A DNA stretch of 26,257 bases from a bacterium (GTDB taxonomy: Archaea; Nanobdellota; Nanobdellia; SCGC-AAA011-G17; GW2011-AR17). Numbering within the stretch: the stretch's first letter is position 1; the number at the start of each line of letters is the position of its first letter. Where the stretch lies: positions 1 to 26,257 of the forward strand of contig JAUYPF010000043.1 in the NCBI GenBank assembly GCA_030697685.1, written 5' to 3'. Shown here one piece after another: positions 18,293-25,894 of the stretch. Made by a program: the position numbers and the translations under genes. The notes beneath the pieces were generated by a model. The model was not told where the DNA came from. It searched no databases and saw nothing but the letters and a program-made list of their open reading frames with translations.

Positions 18293-18484
18293 TTGGCTCA
18301 GCTCTTTGCATTTGGTTTTTTCATTAACACATGGTTAGCAATATTTAATATGCTTCCTTTCTGGATTTTAGATGGAAAAAAGGTCTGGAGTTGGAATAAA
18401 ACTATCTACATCATCACTATGGTCTTTGCCATTGGTCTTTTAGTTATAGGCCAGTTCATTCCTTTACAATCATTAGGTATATAA
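18293..18484 (+). pseudogene. Remnant of a site-2 protease (M50 family) gene, C-terminal ~60 aa only
   Basis: NTWLAIFNMLPFWILDGKKV matches the conserved NxxxAxxNLLPxxxLDGG C-terminal motif of M50 metalloproteases. There is no HExxH-bearing upstream part. An in-frame stop lies a few codons upstream and the ORF needs a TTG start. Confidence 0.5.
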
Positions 18485-18508
18485 GTAAGTGAGAAATTCT
18501 CTGAAACA

Positions 18509-18853
18509 ATGGAAGATATTTATCGCTGGGGCATCGGATTTTTAATGGCGGATAGTCGATTAACTTCAGGACAAACAAGATATCTTATTGTTCAAGCTGC
18601 AACAATGTTTTGGGATGGTGAAGAAGAAAGAGACCTTCATCTAAAAATTGAAGGCAGAGATGATTTATGCTTAGAAGGAAGAATAACAACAAAAGGTGAA
18701 CCTGCTATCTTAGGTGGTCTCGTAGGAATACAATATGATGCAGAGATAAGTCTTGTAAGAGGAAAAGCAAAAGTGCGTTTTCTGATAAGTGAACAAACAG
18801 GAAGAGTATTTGGACAAGCAACGGGATCTTCTCTTGATGATTATAGCAACTAA
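18509..18853 (+). CDS. Hypothetical protein upstream of the ABC1 kinase
   Basis: 114 aa, no confident family. Same strand and close spacing to the kinase suggest co-transcription. Confidence 0.4.
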   Translation: MEDIYRWGIGFLMADSRLTSGQTRYLIVQAATMFWDGEEERDLHLKIEGRDDLCLEGRITTKGEPAILGGLVGIQYDAEISLVRGKAKVRFLISEQTGRVFGQATGSSLDDYSN

Positions 18854-18892
18854 ACAAAAACATTTTTAAACTTCCTCGGCTCAAGATGAACT

Positions 18893-20566
18893 ATGGCTTT
18901 CATAAGTGCAATACGAAGATTTTCTCGATTAAAAGAAATAGTAAATCTTTTGATGAAAGAAGGCTTTGAAGAAATAATTCAACAATTGCATTTTCATACA
19001 CCTCTTCTCATAAGCAAAGTATCTTTAGAACCAACAAAAAAACAAACAAACAACATTCCAATACGCTTACGTAGAGTTATGGAGAATGCAGGTGGTGCTT
19101 TGGTAAAAGTAGGACAAATGCTTTCCTTGCGTGCAGATCTTATCCCTCAAGAGTATTGTGATGAGTTTGCAAAATTACAAGATTCTGTCAAACCTTTTCC
19201 TTATGCACAAATAAAAACCATACTTGAAGCAGAATATAAAAAACCTTTAAAAGATGTTTTCAAAGAATTTGAAGAAAAACCTATTGCTGCTGCATCCATA
19301 GGCCAAGTACATAAAGCTCGCTTAAAAACTGGAGAACTTGTTGCAGTAAAAGTACAAAGACCTGATATCAAGAAAACCTTTGAAGCAGATATAGATCTTC
19401 TCTATTACATTGCGGAGGAAGCAGAAAAATATATCCCAGACTTGAAAGCTTTCAAACCAAAAAAAATTGTTGGAGAGTTTGAGAAATACACAGAAAAAGA
19501 ACTAGACTTTCTTGCAGAAGCGAAGAACATTGATATTTTCTATGAAAAATACAAATATAGTCCACAAATAAAAATTCCAAAAGTCTACTGGGAATATACA
19601 ACCAGTAAAGTAATTACTATGGAATTTATTGATGGAAAAAAAATCTCAGAAATAGATACTTTAACCAAAGAAGAGAAAAAGAAAATTACTATGACTTTGT
19701 ACAAAAGCATTATAGAACAAGTATTTGAAATGCATATTTTTCATGCAGACCCACATCCAGGAAATATTTTCTTAATGAAAAATGGAAAAATAGCTTTTTT
19801 AGATTTTGGCATTGTTGGAAGATTGTCTCCAGATCTCAAAGAAAATGTAGAATACATGCTTGTTGGCTTGGTAAAAGGTGATACTGACCTTTTAGTACGA
19901 AGTTTCAATGGCTTAGGCATGATAGGAGACATTGATGAGCAAAAATTCAAAGAAGATTTGTTTGAAGCTTGGGGGGAGTTTCATAGTTCTTCATTGAAAC
20001 AAATAAATATGAAGCGTTTCTTTAATAGTACATTTGAAATAGGAAGAAAATACAATATTGAGTTTCCACATAATTTCGTTCTATTAGTAAAGGCAGTGGT
20101 CACCACAGAGGGCTTTGCAAAACAGCTTTATCCTGAAGCAAACTTTATAGAAGTCTGCAAATCACAAGTGGAGCATCTTTTGCAAAAAGAACGTGATCCA
20201 AAAAATTTGTATAACTCCTTCAAGAAAGGAGCCTTTGATTTTACTACTACTTTGAAAAAATTTCCGCAAGATTTAAGAACTCTTGTGCATCTATTAAAGA
20301 CAGGAACAAAAGTTAAAGTTGAGATTGATCACAAAGAGTTGAATGATCTGACTTTAGAACTAGATCGTTCCAGCAATCGCCTAACATTTGGTGTTATCAT
20401 TGGAGGCCTTTCAATTACCACAGGTTTATTGATTGTTGCTGATGTCCATCCAAAACTTTGGGGACTTCCTATCTATGCTTGGGGAAGTGCAGCATTGATA
20501 TTCATATTGTCATTAATTTTGACAGTGTCTATATTTAGAGAAAAAAGGAGAGGTGAAGAAGAGTGA
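18893..20566 (+). CDS. ABC1/UbiB-family atypical protein kinase with C-terminal TM helices
   Basis: The ATP-binding region AAASIGQVHKARLKTGELVAVKVQRPDI is diagnostic of the ABC1/aarF/UbiB family. The catalytic region includes HADPHPGNIF. Two C-terminal TM helices. Confidence 0.85.
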   Translation: MAFISAIRRFSRLKEIVNLLMKEGFEEIIQQLHFHTPLLISKVSLEPTKKQTNNIPIRLRRVMENAGGALVKVGQMLSLRADLIPQEYCDEFAKLQDSVKPFPYAQIKTILEAEYKKPLKDVFKEFEEKPIAAASIGQVHKARLKTGELVAVKVQRPDIKKTFEADIDLLYYIAEEAEKYIPDLKAFKPKKIVGEFEKYTEKELDFLAEAKNIDIFYEKYKYSPQIKIPKVYWEYTTSKVITMEFIDGKKISEIDTLTKEEKKKITMTLYKSIIEQVFEMHIFHADPHPGNIFLMKNGKIAFLDFGIVGRLSPDLKENVEYMLVGLVKGDTDLLVRSFNGLGMIGDIDEQKFKEDLFEAWGEFHSSSLKQINMKRFFNSTFEIGRKYNIEFPHNFVLLVKAVVTTEGFAKQLYPEANFIEVCKSQVEHLLQKERDPKNLYNSFKKGAFDFTTTLKKFPQDLRTLVHLLKTGTKVKVEIDHKELNDLTLELDRSSNRLTFGVIIGGLSITTGLLIVADVHPKLWGLPIYAWGSAALIFILSLILTVSIFREKRRGEEE

Positions 20567-20880
20567 GAGAAAAAGTACGTGAATTAAGTCTTGCAGGTCT
20601 CGGTCTTGCAGTAACAGTAAAAGAAAAAGCACAGAGCTTAGGAAGAAAGCTTATTCGTAAGGGTGAAGCAAATGAAAAGAGAATTCTCAGTCATCCAAAA
20701 CAAAAATTTATTGCCGGTGCACATTTTGCAGGAAAAGAAGCTTTAGTAATTTCTCGAAAAAGTTTGCAAATGCTTGAAAGAGAATTAAAGAAATTAGAAG
20801 CAGAAGCACGAAAAGCAGAAAAAATAGTAAAGAAAACAATAAGAAAACCTGCACGGAAAAAAGCAAAGAAAAGGCTTTAA
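20563..20880 (+). CDS. Phasin-like small basic coiled-coil protein (GTG start, overlaps the kinase stop by 4 nt)
   Basis: The N-terminal LAGLGLAVTVKEKAQSLGRKLIRKGE resembles the phasin / PHA-granule-associated protein N-terminal motif (LAGLGAxxLTKEKAEELVDELVKRGE). The rest is a K/E/A-rich coiled coil with a KKAKKRL tail. Confidence 0.5.
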   Translation: MREKVRELSLAGLGLAVTVKEKAQSLGRKLIRKGEANEKRILSHPKQKFIAGAHFAGKEALVISRKSLQMLERELKKLEAEARKAEKIVKKTIRKPARKKAKKRL

Positions 20881-20904
20881 TTTTTTTTAAGTTTCTAATG
20901 GTGA

Positions 20905-20939
20905 CCGAAAATCTTCCTGATTTTTCGGAAATCTTCCTG
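20905..20939 (+). promoter_or_regulatory. Tandem 20-bp direct repeat carrying the inverted-repeat motif CGRAAATCTTCCTG, 2 copies
   Basis: CCGAAAATCTTCCTG at 20905-20919 and TCGGAAATCTTCCTG at 20925-20939, each followed by a T-run. GGAA-ATC-TTCC is an inverted repeat with a 3-nt spacer. Located between the phasin-like stop (plus a T8 run) and the PIN gene start. Confidence 0.5.
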
Positions 20940-20985
20940 TTTTTTGGTGTAAGAGTTTATTAAAACACTTTTCATAAAATGTTCT

Positions 20986-21411
20986 ATGGCTCCGTATTAT
21001 GTTGATACTTGTATTTGGCTGAACATAATAAAAAAGGAAGAAAAAGAATATGAGTCCTCAAAAAAATTCTTAGATGCCTTGATGACATTAAAATGCACAG
21101 TCTTGTACTCTGGAGCAATTTTAAGAGAATTAGAAATAAAGCTTCCCAAACAAGAGTTTCAAAAGGTAAAAAATCAATTAAATAATGGCAGCTCATTTCG
21201 AGAAGTAGAGTCTTCAGTTGAAGATAGGAATAAAGCAAGAAGAATTGAGTCTCAATATAACTTTTCGATAAGCTTTTATGATCTTTTACATATGGTTCTT
21301 GCAAGAAAGGAAAATGCTATTTTGGTGACAAGAGATGAATTCTTACTAGATGTTGCTAAAGTGTATAAAATCCAAACTATGAAACCAGAAGATTTTCTAA
21401 GCACTATTTAA
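20986..21411 (+). CDS. PIN-domain ribonuclease (VapC-like toxin candidate)
   Basis: 141 aa. N-terminal YYVDTCIWLNII gives the first acidic residue in the PIN position. C-terminal ILVTRDEFL gives the T/S-x-D motif. No RHH/AbrB antitoxin gene lies upstream. Confidence 0.6.
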   Translation: MAPYYVDTCIWLNIIKKEEKEYESSKKFLDALMTLKCTVLYSGAILRELEIKLPKQEFQKVKNQLNNGSSFREVESSVEDRNKARRIESQYNFSISFYDLLHMVLARKENAILVTRDEFLLDVAKVYKIQTMKPEDFLSTI

Positions 21412-21570
21412 AAAGTGAATAAACTCTTCATCACTCATATCTTTACATTGTTCAGAAAGTTTCTTTCGTATTTCTCTAACTTCTATAACTGAATCTATTC
21501 CATTATCAGGAATGATCCCTACCCAATCATTAATATTCATTTTTCTTTTCATAACAGTTTCTGTTTCCAT
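21397..21570 (-). CDS. Small acidic ORF (58 aa), convergent with and overlapping the PIN gene 3' end. Possible antitoxin-like partner or spurious.
   Basis: ATG is the complement of 21568-21570, stop the complement of 21397-21399. Protein METETVMKRKMNINDWVGIIPDNGIDSVIEVREIRKKLSEQCKDMSDEEFIHFLNSA. Below the 60-aa cutoff of the ORF track. Confidence 0.25.
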   Translation of the reverse strand: METETVMKRKMNINDWVGIIPDNGIDSVIEVREIRKKLSEQCKDMSDEEFIHFLNSA

Positions 21571-21616
21571 GCTTTATCTATAACACCCATACTTAATAAG
21601 CTTTTTCAAGCAATTT

Positions 21617-21631
21617 CCGGAAATCTTCCGG
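21617..21631 (+). promoter_or_regulatory. Third copy of the motif, here a perfect palindrome: CCGGAAATCTTCCGG
   Basis: Inverted repeat CCGGAA-ATC-TTCCGG. The same GGAAATCTTCC core occurs at 20905-20939. It sits 8 nt downstream of the stop of 21639..22013. Confidence 0.5.
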
Positions 21632-21638
21632 ATTATCT

Positions 21639-22013
21639 TTACTTGTACAACATTCCTCTCTGCTCTTTAAGCCATCTTTCAAAATCGAGTACAGAAAGAT
21701 CCTTTTGAGGGTTTGAGCTGTAATAATCAAAATGAATATCTAGGTCTCTATAAACCAAATACCATTCTTGCCTATCTGTAAAAGAATTCTTATCAATATT
21801 CGCTTCAAGAGAAACAGTCTTGTAAAGTGTATCCTTCTTTTGTTCGTATTCTACATAGTCTTCAACAACTGCACTCAATTTCTGAAAAATTGGGTATGCA
21901 TATTTGCTAGATATACAAGTAACACCAATAGATGTTCCTAAAATTCCTAAAAGTACACGATCAATAGTATTCATCTTTTTAGGATTTAAGAAGAGGTTAA
22001 TAAGCCTTTGCAA
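21639..22013 (-). CDS. Hypothetical protein, possible lipoprotein or membrane-anchored
   Basis: 124 aa. An internal Met (MNTIDRVLLGILGTSIGVTCISS) gives a signal/lipobox-like N-terminus. No family recognised. Divergent from rpl7ae. Confidence 0.4.
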   Translation of the reverse strand: MQRLINLFLNPKKMNTIDRVLLGILGTSIGVTCISSKYAYPIFQKLSAVVEDYVEYEQKKDTLYKTVSLEANIDKNSFTDRQEWYLVYRDLDIHFDYYSSNPQKDLSVLDFERWLKEQRGMLYK

Positions 22014-22080
22014 GGGAAACCTTTATAAGGAGCCTCTTTCTCCTCATCTGAAAACCAATGACAGGTTGGAGGTTTATATC

Positions 22081-22428
22081 ATGGATGAAAAACAATTAGC
22101 TGAGAAGGCCTATGAAGCTGTTGAAATAGCAAAAACTTCTGGGAAACTTAAACGTGGAACAAACGAAGTAACAAAGACAGTAGAAAAAGGTCTTGCAAAA
22201 CTTGTAGTAGTTGCAAAAGATACTGCTCCTGCAGAAATAATCATGCACCTTGGTCCTTTATGCAAGGAAAAGAAAGTTCCTATGGTAACAGTTCCAAGTA
22301 AAGTAGAATTAGGAACCGCAGCAGGAATGCCGATTGGTGCAAGTGCAATTGCAATTGTGCAAGAAGGCGAAGCAAAGAATATAATTAAACAAATTTCAGA
22401 TTATGTAAACGAAAATGGCAGCTCCTAA
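22081..22428 (+). CDS. rpl7ae: 50S ribosomal protein L7Ae
   Basis: [55 protein letters not shown] is the L7Ae/L30e K-turn binding fold. I placed the start at the internal Met 22081. The ORF-track start at 21904 adds an implausible extension. Confidence 0.9.
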   Translation: MDEKQLAEKAYEAVEIAKTSGKLKRGTNEVTKTVEKGLAKLVVVAKDTAPAEIIMHLGPLCKEKKVPMVTVPSKVELGTAAGMPIGASAIAIVQEGEAKNIIKQISDYVNENGSS

Positions 22429-22744
22429 AAAAGAAGGTAAAGAAGAGAAAAAACCAGCTCAAACTGATGGAAAACCAGTAGTAGCGCAAGCTCCTGCAGT
22501 AAATCCAACAGACAAGCCTAGAGCTTCTATTTTCACAGAAGCTGTCCCTGCACGTGTAGAAGAAATCATTGGCAGAACAGGAACACGAGGAGAAATTATC
22601 CAAGTGCGCTGTAAAATTCTTGATGGCAGAGATGTAAACAAAATTCTCTCTCGAAACGTGAAAGGTCCAGTGCGCTTAAAGGACATTCTTATGTTGAGAG
22701 AAACAGAAATTGAAGCAAGAAAGCTCAATAAGGGGAAACGATAA
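22415..22744 (+). CDS. rps28e: 30S ribosomal protein S28e with a ~40-aa Lys/Pro/Ala-rich N-terminal extension
   Basis: The core [49 protein letters not shown] matches S28e. The only in-frame start is ATG 22415, which overlaps the rpl7ae 3' end by 14 nt. Confidence 0.85.
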   Translation: MAAPKKEGKEEKKPAQTDGKPVVAQAPAVNPTDKPRASIFTEAVPARVEEIIGRTGTRGEIIQVRCKILDGRDVNKILSRNVKGPVRLKDILMLRETEIEARKLNKGKR

Positions 22745-22929
22745 TGGTAAAATGTAGTTTTTGTACAAAAGAGATTTCTCCAGGAACAGGAATGATTTTT
22801 GTCTACAAGACTGGTAAAATTGCAAATTTCTGTTCTAGAAAATGTGAACTTCATACATTAAAGTTACATAGAAAACCTCAAAATATGAAATGGGTAACCT
22901 CTGCTGGTAAGGATAAGAGCAAAAAATAA
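22744..22929 (+). CDS. rpl24e: 50S ribosomal protein L24e
   Basis: CSFCTKEISPGTGMIFVYKTGKIANFCSRKC is the L24e C4 zinc-ribbon signature. Its start overlaps the S28e stop. Confidence 0.85.
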   Translation: MVKCSFCTKEISPGTGMIFVYKTGKIANFCSRKCELHTLKLHRKPQNMKWVTSAGKDKSKK

Positions 22930-22950
22930 ATTTTTTATTTTTTAAAATTA
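22927..22950 (+). terminator. T-rich tract after rpl24e. An ndk GGAGG SD follows, so read-through or a weak terminator.
   Basis: TAAATTTTTTATTTTTTAAAATT. AGGAGG sits at 22956-22961, 8 nt before the ndk ATG. Confidence 0.3.
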
Positions 22951-22969
22951 TTTCAAGGAGGAATATACA

Positions 22970-23461
22970 ATGATAGAAAGAACATTTGTTATGATAAAAC
23001 CTGATGGAGTAAAAAGATCTCTTATTGGGGAAGTTATTAAAAGATTTGAGAATGTAGGTTTAAAATTAATTGGAATGAAAATGCTTTGGATTGATAAAGA
23101 CTTTGCAAGTAAGCATTATACAGAAGATATTTCAATAAGGCGTGGTGAAAGAGTAAGAAATGATATGATAAGTTATGCTGTTGAAGGTCCAGTTATTGCA
23201 ATGGTTTGGGAAGGTGTGCAAGCTATTGAAGTGGTCAGAAAACTTGTTGGTGGCACAGAACCAAAACTTGCTCTTCCAGGAACAATTCGAGGAGATTTTA
23301 CACATGTTTCCTTTGCATATGCAGATAATAAAAGAATTGCTGTAAGAAATGTCATTCATGCTTCTGGAGATGCAAAAGATGCTGCATATGAAATTCAATT
23401 ATGGTTTTCAGAAGAAGATCTTTTCAAATATAAAACAGTACATGAACAGGAATTACATTAA
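22970..23461 (+). CDS. ndk: Nucleoside diphosphate kinase
   Basis: MIKPDGVKRSLIGEVIKRFE, GPVIAMVWEG, GTIRGDF and the catalytic NVIHASGD motif. Conserved archaeal position after L7Ae-S28e-L24e. Confidence 0.9.
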   Translation: MIERTFVMIKPDGVKRSLIGEVIKRFENVGLKLIGMKMLWIDKDFASKHYTEDISIRRGERVRNDMISYAVEGPVIAMVWEGVQAIEVVRKLVGGTEPKLALPGTIRGDFTHVSFAYADNKRIAVRNVIHASGDAKDAAYEIQLWFSEEDLFKYKTVHEQELH

Positions 23462-23853
23462 AAATGTAGTTTTTTATCTATTTCTTTTGCTTTTTCTTCC
23501 ATTTCTTCATATGCAGAAAGCACATCTTGTTTCATTTTTTTCAATGTTTGTTCTAAGTTTTTCGCTCTAAGAACATATTTATCATCTTCAATAACAACAA
23601 GTCCGGAAGCAATCAATTTAGAAAGATGATGAATCACTGTAGCTCTACTCAAATCTAATTTATACGCCAATTCATCTGAAGATAATGATTTTTTTGATTG
23701 TAATATGGCTAGAAATAAACGAAAACAGGATTTATCTTTATCTCTCTCAGAAAATAGCCCAAGAGATTCTGACAACCACTGTATTTCTGGATTCAACGCC
23801 TTCTCTGGGCTGCGAATACGAACAATAGTAATCCTTTGGAACCTAGTTATCAT
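23458..23853 (-). CDS. Winged helix-turn-helix transcriptional regulator (ArsR/MarR-like)
   Basis: ELAYKLDLSRATVIHHLSKLIASGLVVIEDDKYVL is a typical recognition helix plus wing. Convergent 4-nt overlap with the ndk stop. Confidence 0.6.
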   Translation of the reverse strand: MITRFQRITIVRIRSPEKALNPEIQWLSESLGLFSERDKDKSCFRLFLAILQSKKSLSSDELAYKLDLSRATVIHHLSKLIASGLVVIEDDKYVLRAKNLEQTLKKMKQDVLSAYEEMEEKAKEIDKKLHF

Positions 23854-23894
23854 AGCTTTAGAAATAGTCTTAAGATATTTAAAACTTTATGCTT

Positions 23895-24731
23895 TTAAAC
23901 TCTTTTTGTAAGGATAATCCCATGCACGTCAAAGAGCATAGTAAAGAGAGATTCAAGGCTTTCTTCTCCATGAATACTTTTCTTTATTTCTTTTGCGTGC
24001 TTCCCAAAATGTTCTAGTTTTTCTAGGCTAAAAGCAAAATAGAGATCATATAAAAGCTCTATCATTTCATTAATTTTTTTGAGTTTCTCTTGAGAAAGGA
24101 GATGTTTTTTTTCCTTTGCTTTGTTTTTATACCAATCCCCTATGTTTTCTAGTTGTTCAGCAAGTGCATAGTTCAAAGGATCTTTTTGTTCTTTATTGAG
24201 ATAACGACGGACAGTATCAGCCAAGCGGTTTGTTTGATCATCTTTTTTTATAACAGAAAGAAAATCTTCTTTTTTATTGCTGTACAGTGCAAGAAGAAAA
24301 TCTTGTGCAGTACTTTGAAGCGTGAAGAACATACGTTTGATAAGATTTTCCACATCAATATCTTCTAAGTGTGCAATTCTATGGATATGTACTTCTGTAT
24401 CTGTTGTTTTGATTATTTCTAAGCCTATACATGTTCTTTCTAATGTTGCTTGGATAATAGGGATTTGTTTTTTCTTAACCTTGAGTATGATCTTATCATA
24501 GCCTGCTTTATACAAAGCCCCCATATACCTATTAGTCATTTCTTCAAGTTCTTGTATATTTTCCTCTTTTAGAGATTCTTTTCTATTTTCTGTAAGGGAA
24601 AGAGAAATCCAATTTCCATGTTCTTCCAGTTCAAGGAAGTCTCCTGCCTTAAGTTCCTTTTCTCTAAGCCAAGCGCTTGGAAGTGTTGTTACTGCTGTTC
24701 TTTTGCCTAAAGCAATGATTTTTCTTTTCAC
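23895..24731 (-). CDS. AbrB/MazE/SpoVT-type swapped-hairpin DNA-binding domain protein with a helical C-terminal region (possibly PhoU-like)
   Basis: N-terminal KRKIIALGKRTAVTTLPSAWLREKELKAGDFLELEE fits the AbrB/SpoVT fold. The rest is helical and K/E-rich, like archaeal AbrB-PhoU regulators. The PhoU assignment is tentative. Confidence 0.45.
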   Translation of the reverse strand: MKRKIIALGKRTAVTTLPSAWLREKELKAGDFLELEEHGNWISLSLTENRKESLKEENIQELEEMTNRYMGALYKAGYDKIILKVKKKQIPIIQATLERTCIGLEIIKTTDTEVHIHRIAHLEDIDVENLIKRMFFTLQSTAQDFLLALYSNKKEDFLSVIKKDDQTNRLADTVRRYLNKEQKDPLNYALAEQLENIGDWYKNKAKEKKHLLSQEKLKKINEMIELLYDLYFAFSLEKLEHFGKHAKEIKKSIHGEESLESLFTMLFDVHGIILTKRV

Positions 24732-24834
24732 AGTTTTTCAGAGAATGTTGGAGTATTTAAACTTTGCCCTAAGACTGCCCTTATTTGCCTTTAAGTAGCT
24801 TTGAAATAGTCTCCTTTATCATTAATTAGAGACA

Positions 24835-25527
24835 ATGGAGAAGATTAAACAAAGCTTAGAAGATCTGTTAGAAAAACGAATTATTAGTGGTTATAATATA
24901 TTTGAAAAACCTCTAGAAAGAAAAGGCTATACTTTTATCTTATCTAATTTACATGAAACAGAAGCATATTTAGCAGATGTAAAACAAGATCTTAAAAGTT
25001 TAGATTTTAAAGTACTCTTAACTGTAAGAAATCGTGCAACTACTTTTCGTTGGGTTTATGATTATATTATAAGAGACGATAATGGCAATATTTTAAAAAA
25101 TTTAAGGATTAGAAAAAGAAAAGAATATTTAGACTTATTAAAATACCCTGGAAATACTTTATTCGAATCAGGATTAAATAAAGAGCAATGTGAAGAATTA
25201 ATAGGAGAAACTAAAGGTTATGATATTGCAATTTTTTCTAATTCTAAAGAAGAAATAGTAAATTTAGTCTCTCTTTTTACTATCAGGACTGAAAAAGGTA
25301 AAAGCTATTCTTGGAAAGACGCTTATAAAACACCTTTTATTCTTGTTCAAGGATTAAGAGGAGAATTGAATAATTTCGAAGAAGTAAATCTTTATTCTAT
25401 TAAGAATAATAAAGAATTTGCGTTTATTTCAAAAGAAAAAGTTCAATTAAAAGAATTTACTCAAGAAGATTGTTATATAAATAAGAGTTTATTTCAAATG
25501 GAAAATAAAGATTCAGAAAGTATTTAA
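24835..25527 (+). CDS. Hypothetical protein
   Basis: 230 aa, no recognisable motifs. Typical local codon usage, so probably a real gene. Confidence 0.4.
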   Translation: MEKIKQSLEDLLEKRIISGYNIFEKPLERKGYTFILSNLHETEAYLADVKQDLKSLDFKVLLTVRNRATTFRWVYDYIIRDDNGNILKNLRIRKRKEYLDLLKYPGNTLFESGLNKEQCEELIGETKGYDIAIFSNSKEEIVNLVSLFTIRTEKGKSYSWKDAYKTPFILVQGLRGELNNFEEVNLYSIKNNKEFAFISKEKVQLKEFTQEDCYINKSLFQMENKDSESI

Positions 25528-25550
25528 ATTCATATTGGTTTAAAACAAAC

Positions 25551-25892
25551 ATGATAAGATTAAATCTTGATATCCTTGGTTCAGAAATAAGAAAAGCATA
25601 CGAAAAAGATATGGCTATAAAATGTTTAGAGGACTATTTTACCTTTGGAAAAGTAACACCAAAAGAGGTTTTATTTAGTAAACCTTACTTAGCAAAGAAA
25701 GCAATTAATTTGTTAAATCAAATAAAAGAATTAACTGGAGAAGAATATACCTTTGTTCGAATTCAGTGTTTGCCATTTACAGGAATATCTTGTAGTCCTT
25801 ATCCTATTAATTATGATCCTCAAGATGCAGTAAATCATGTTTTAGGGAGATATGATAGACAATATTTCGTGGATTTTTTAGCTCAAAATTAA
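25551..25892 (+). CDS. Hypothetical protein
   Basis: 113 aa. Weak N-terminal resemblance to small pyruvoyl-enzyme proenzymes, but no ESH/FTCG motifs. Unassigned. Confidence 0.35.
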   Translation: MIRLNLDILGSEIRKAYEKDMAIKCLEDYFTFGKVTPKEVLFSKPYLAKKAINLLNQIKELTGEEYTFVRIQCLPFTGISCSPYPINYDPQDAVNHVLGRYDRQYFVDFLAQN

Positions 25893-25894
25893 AA

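Noticed and set aside
18230-18300. GC-rich patch considered as a possible tRNA or ncRNA
   Set aside because: No T-loop (GTTCRANYC)-like or acceptor-stem complementarity visible. It is better explained as coding sequence of a small minus-strand ORF and the upstream flank of the M50 remnant.
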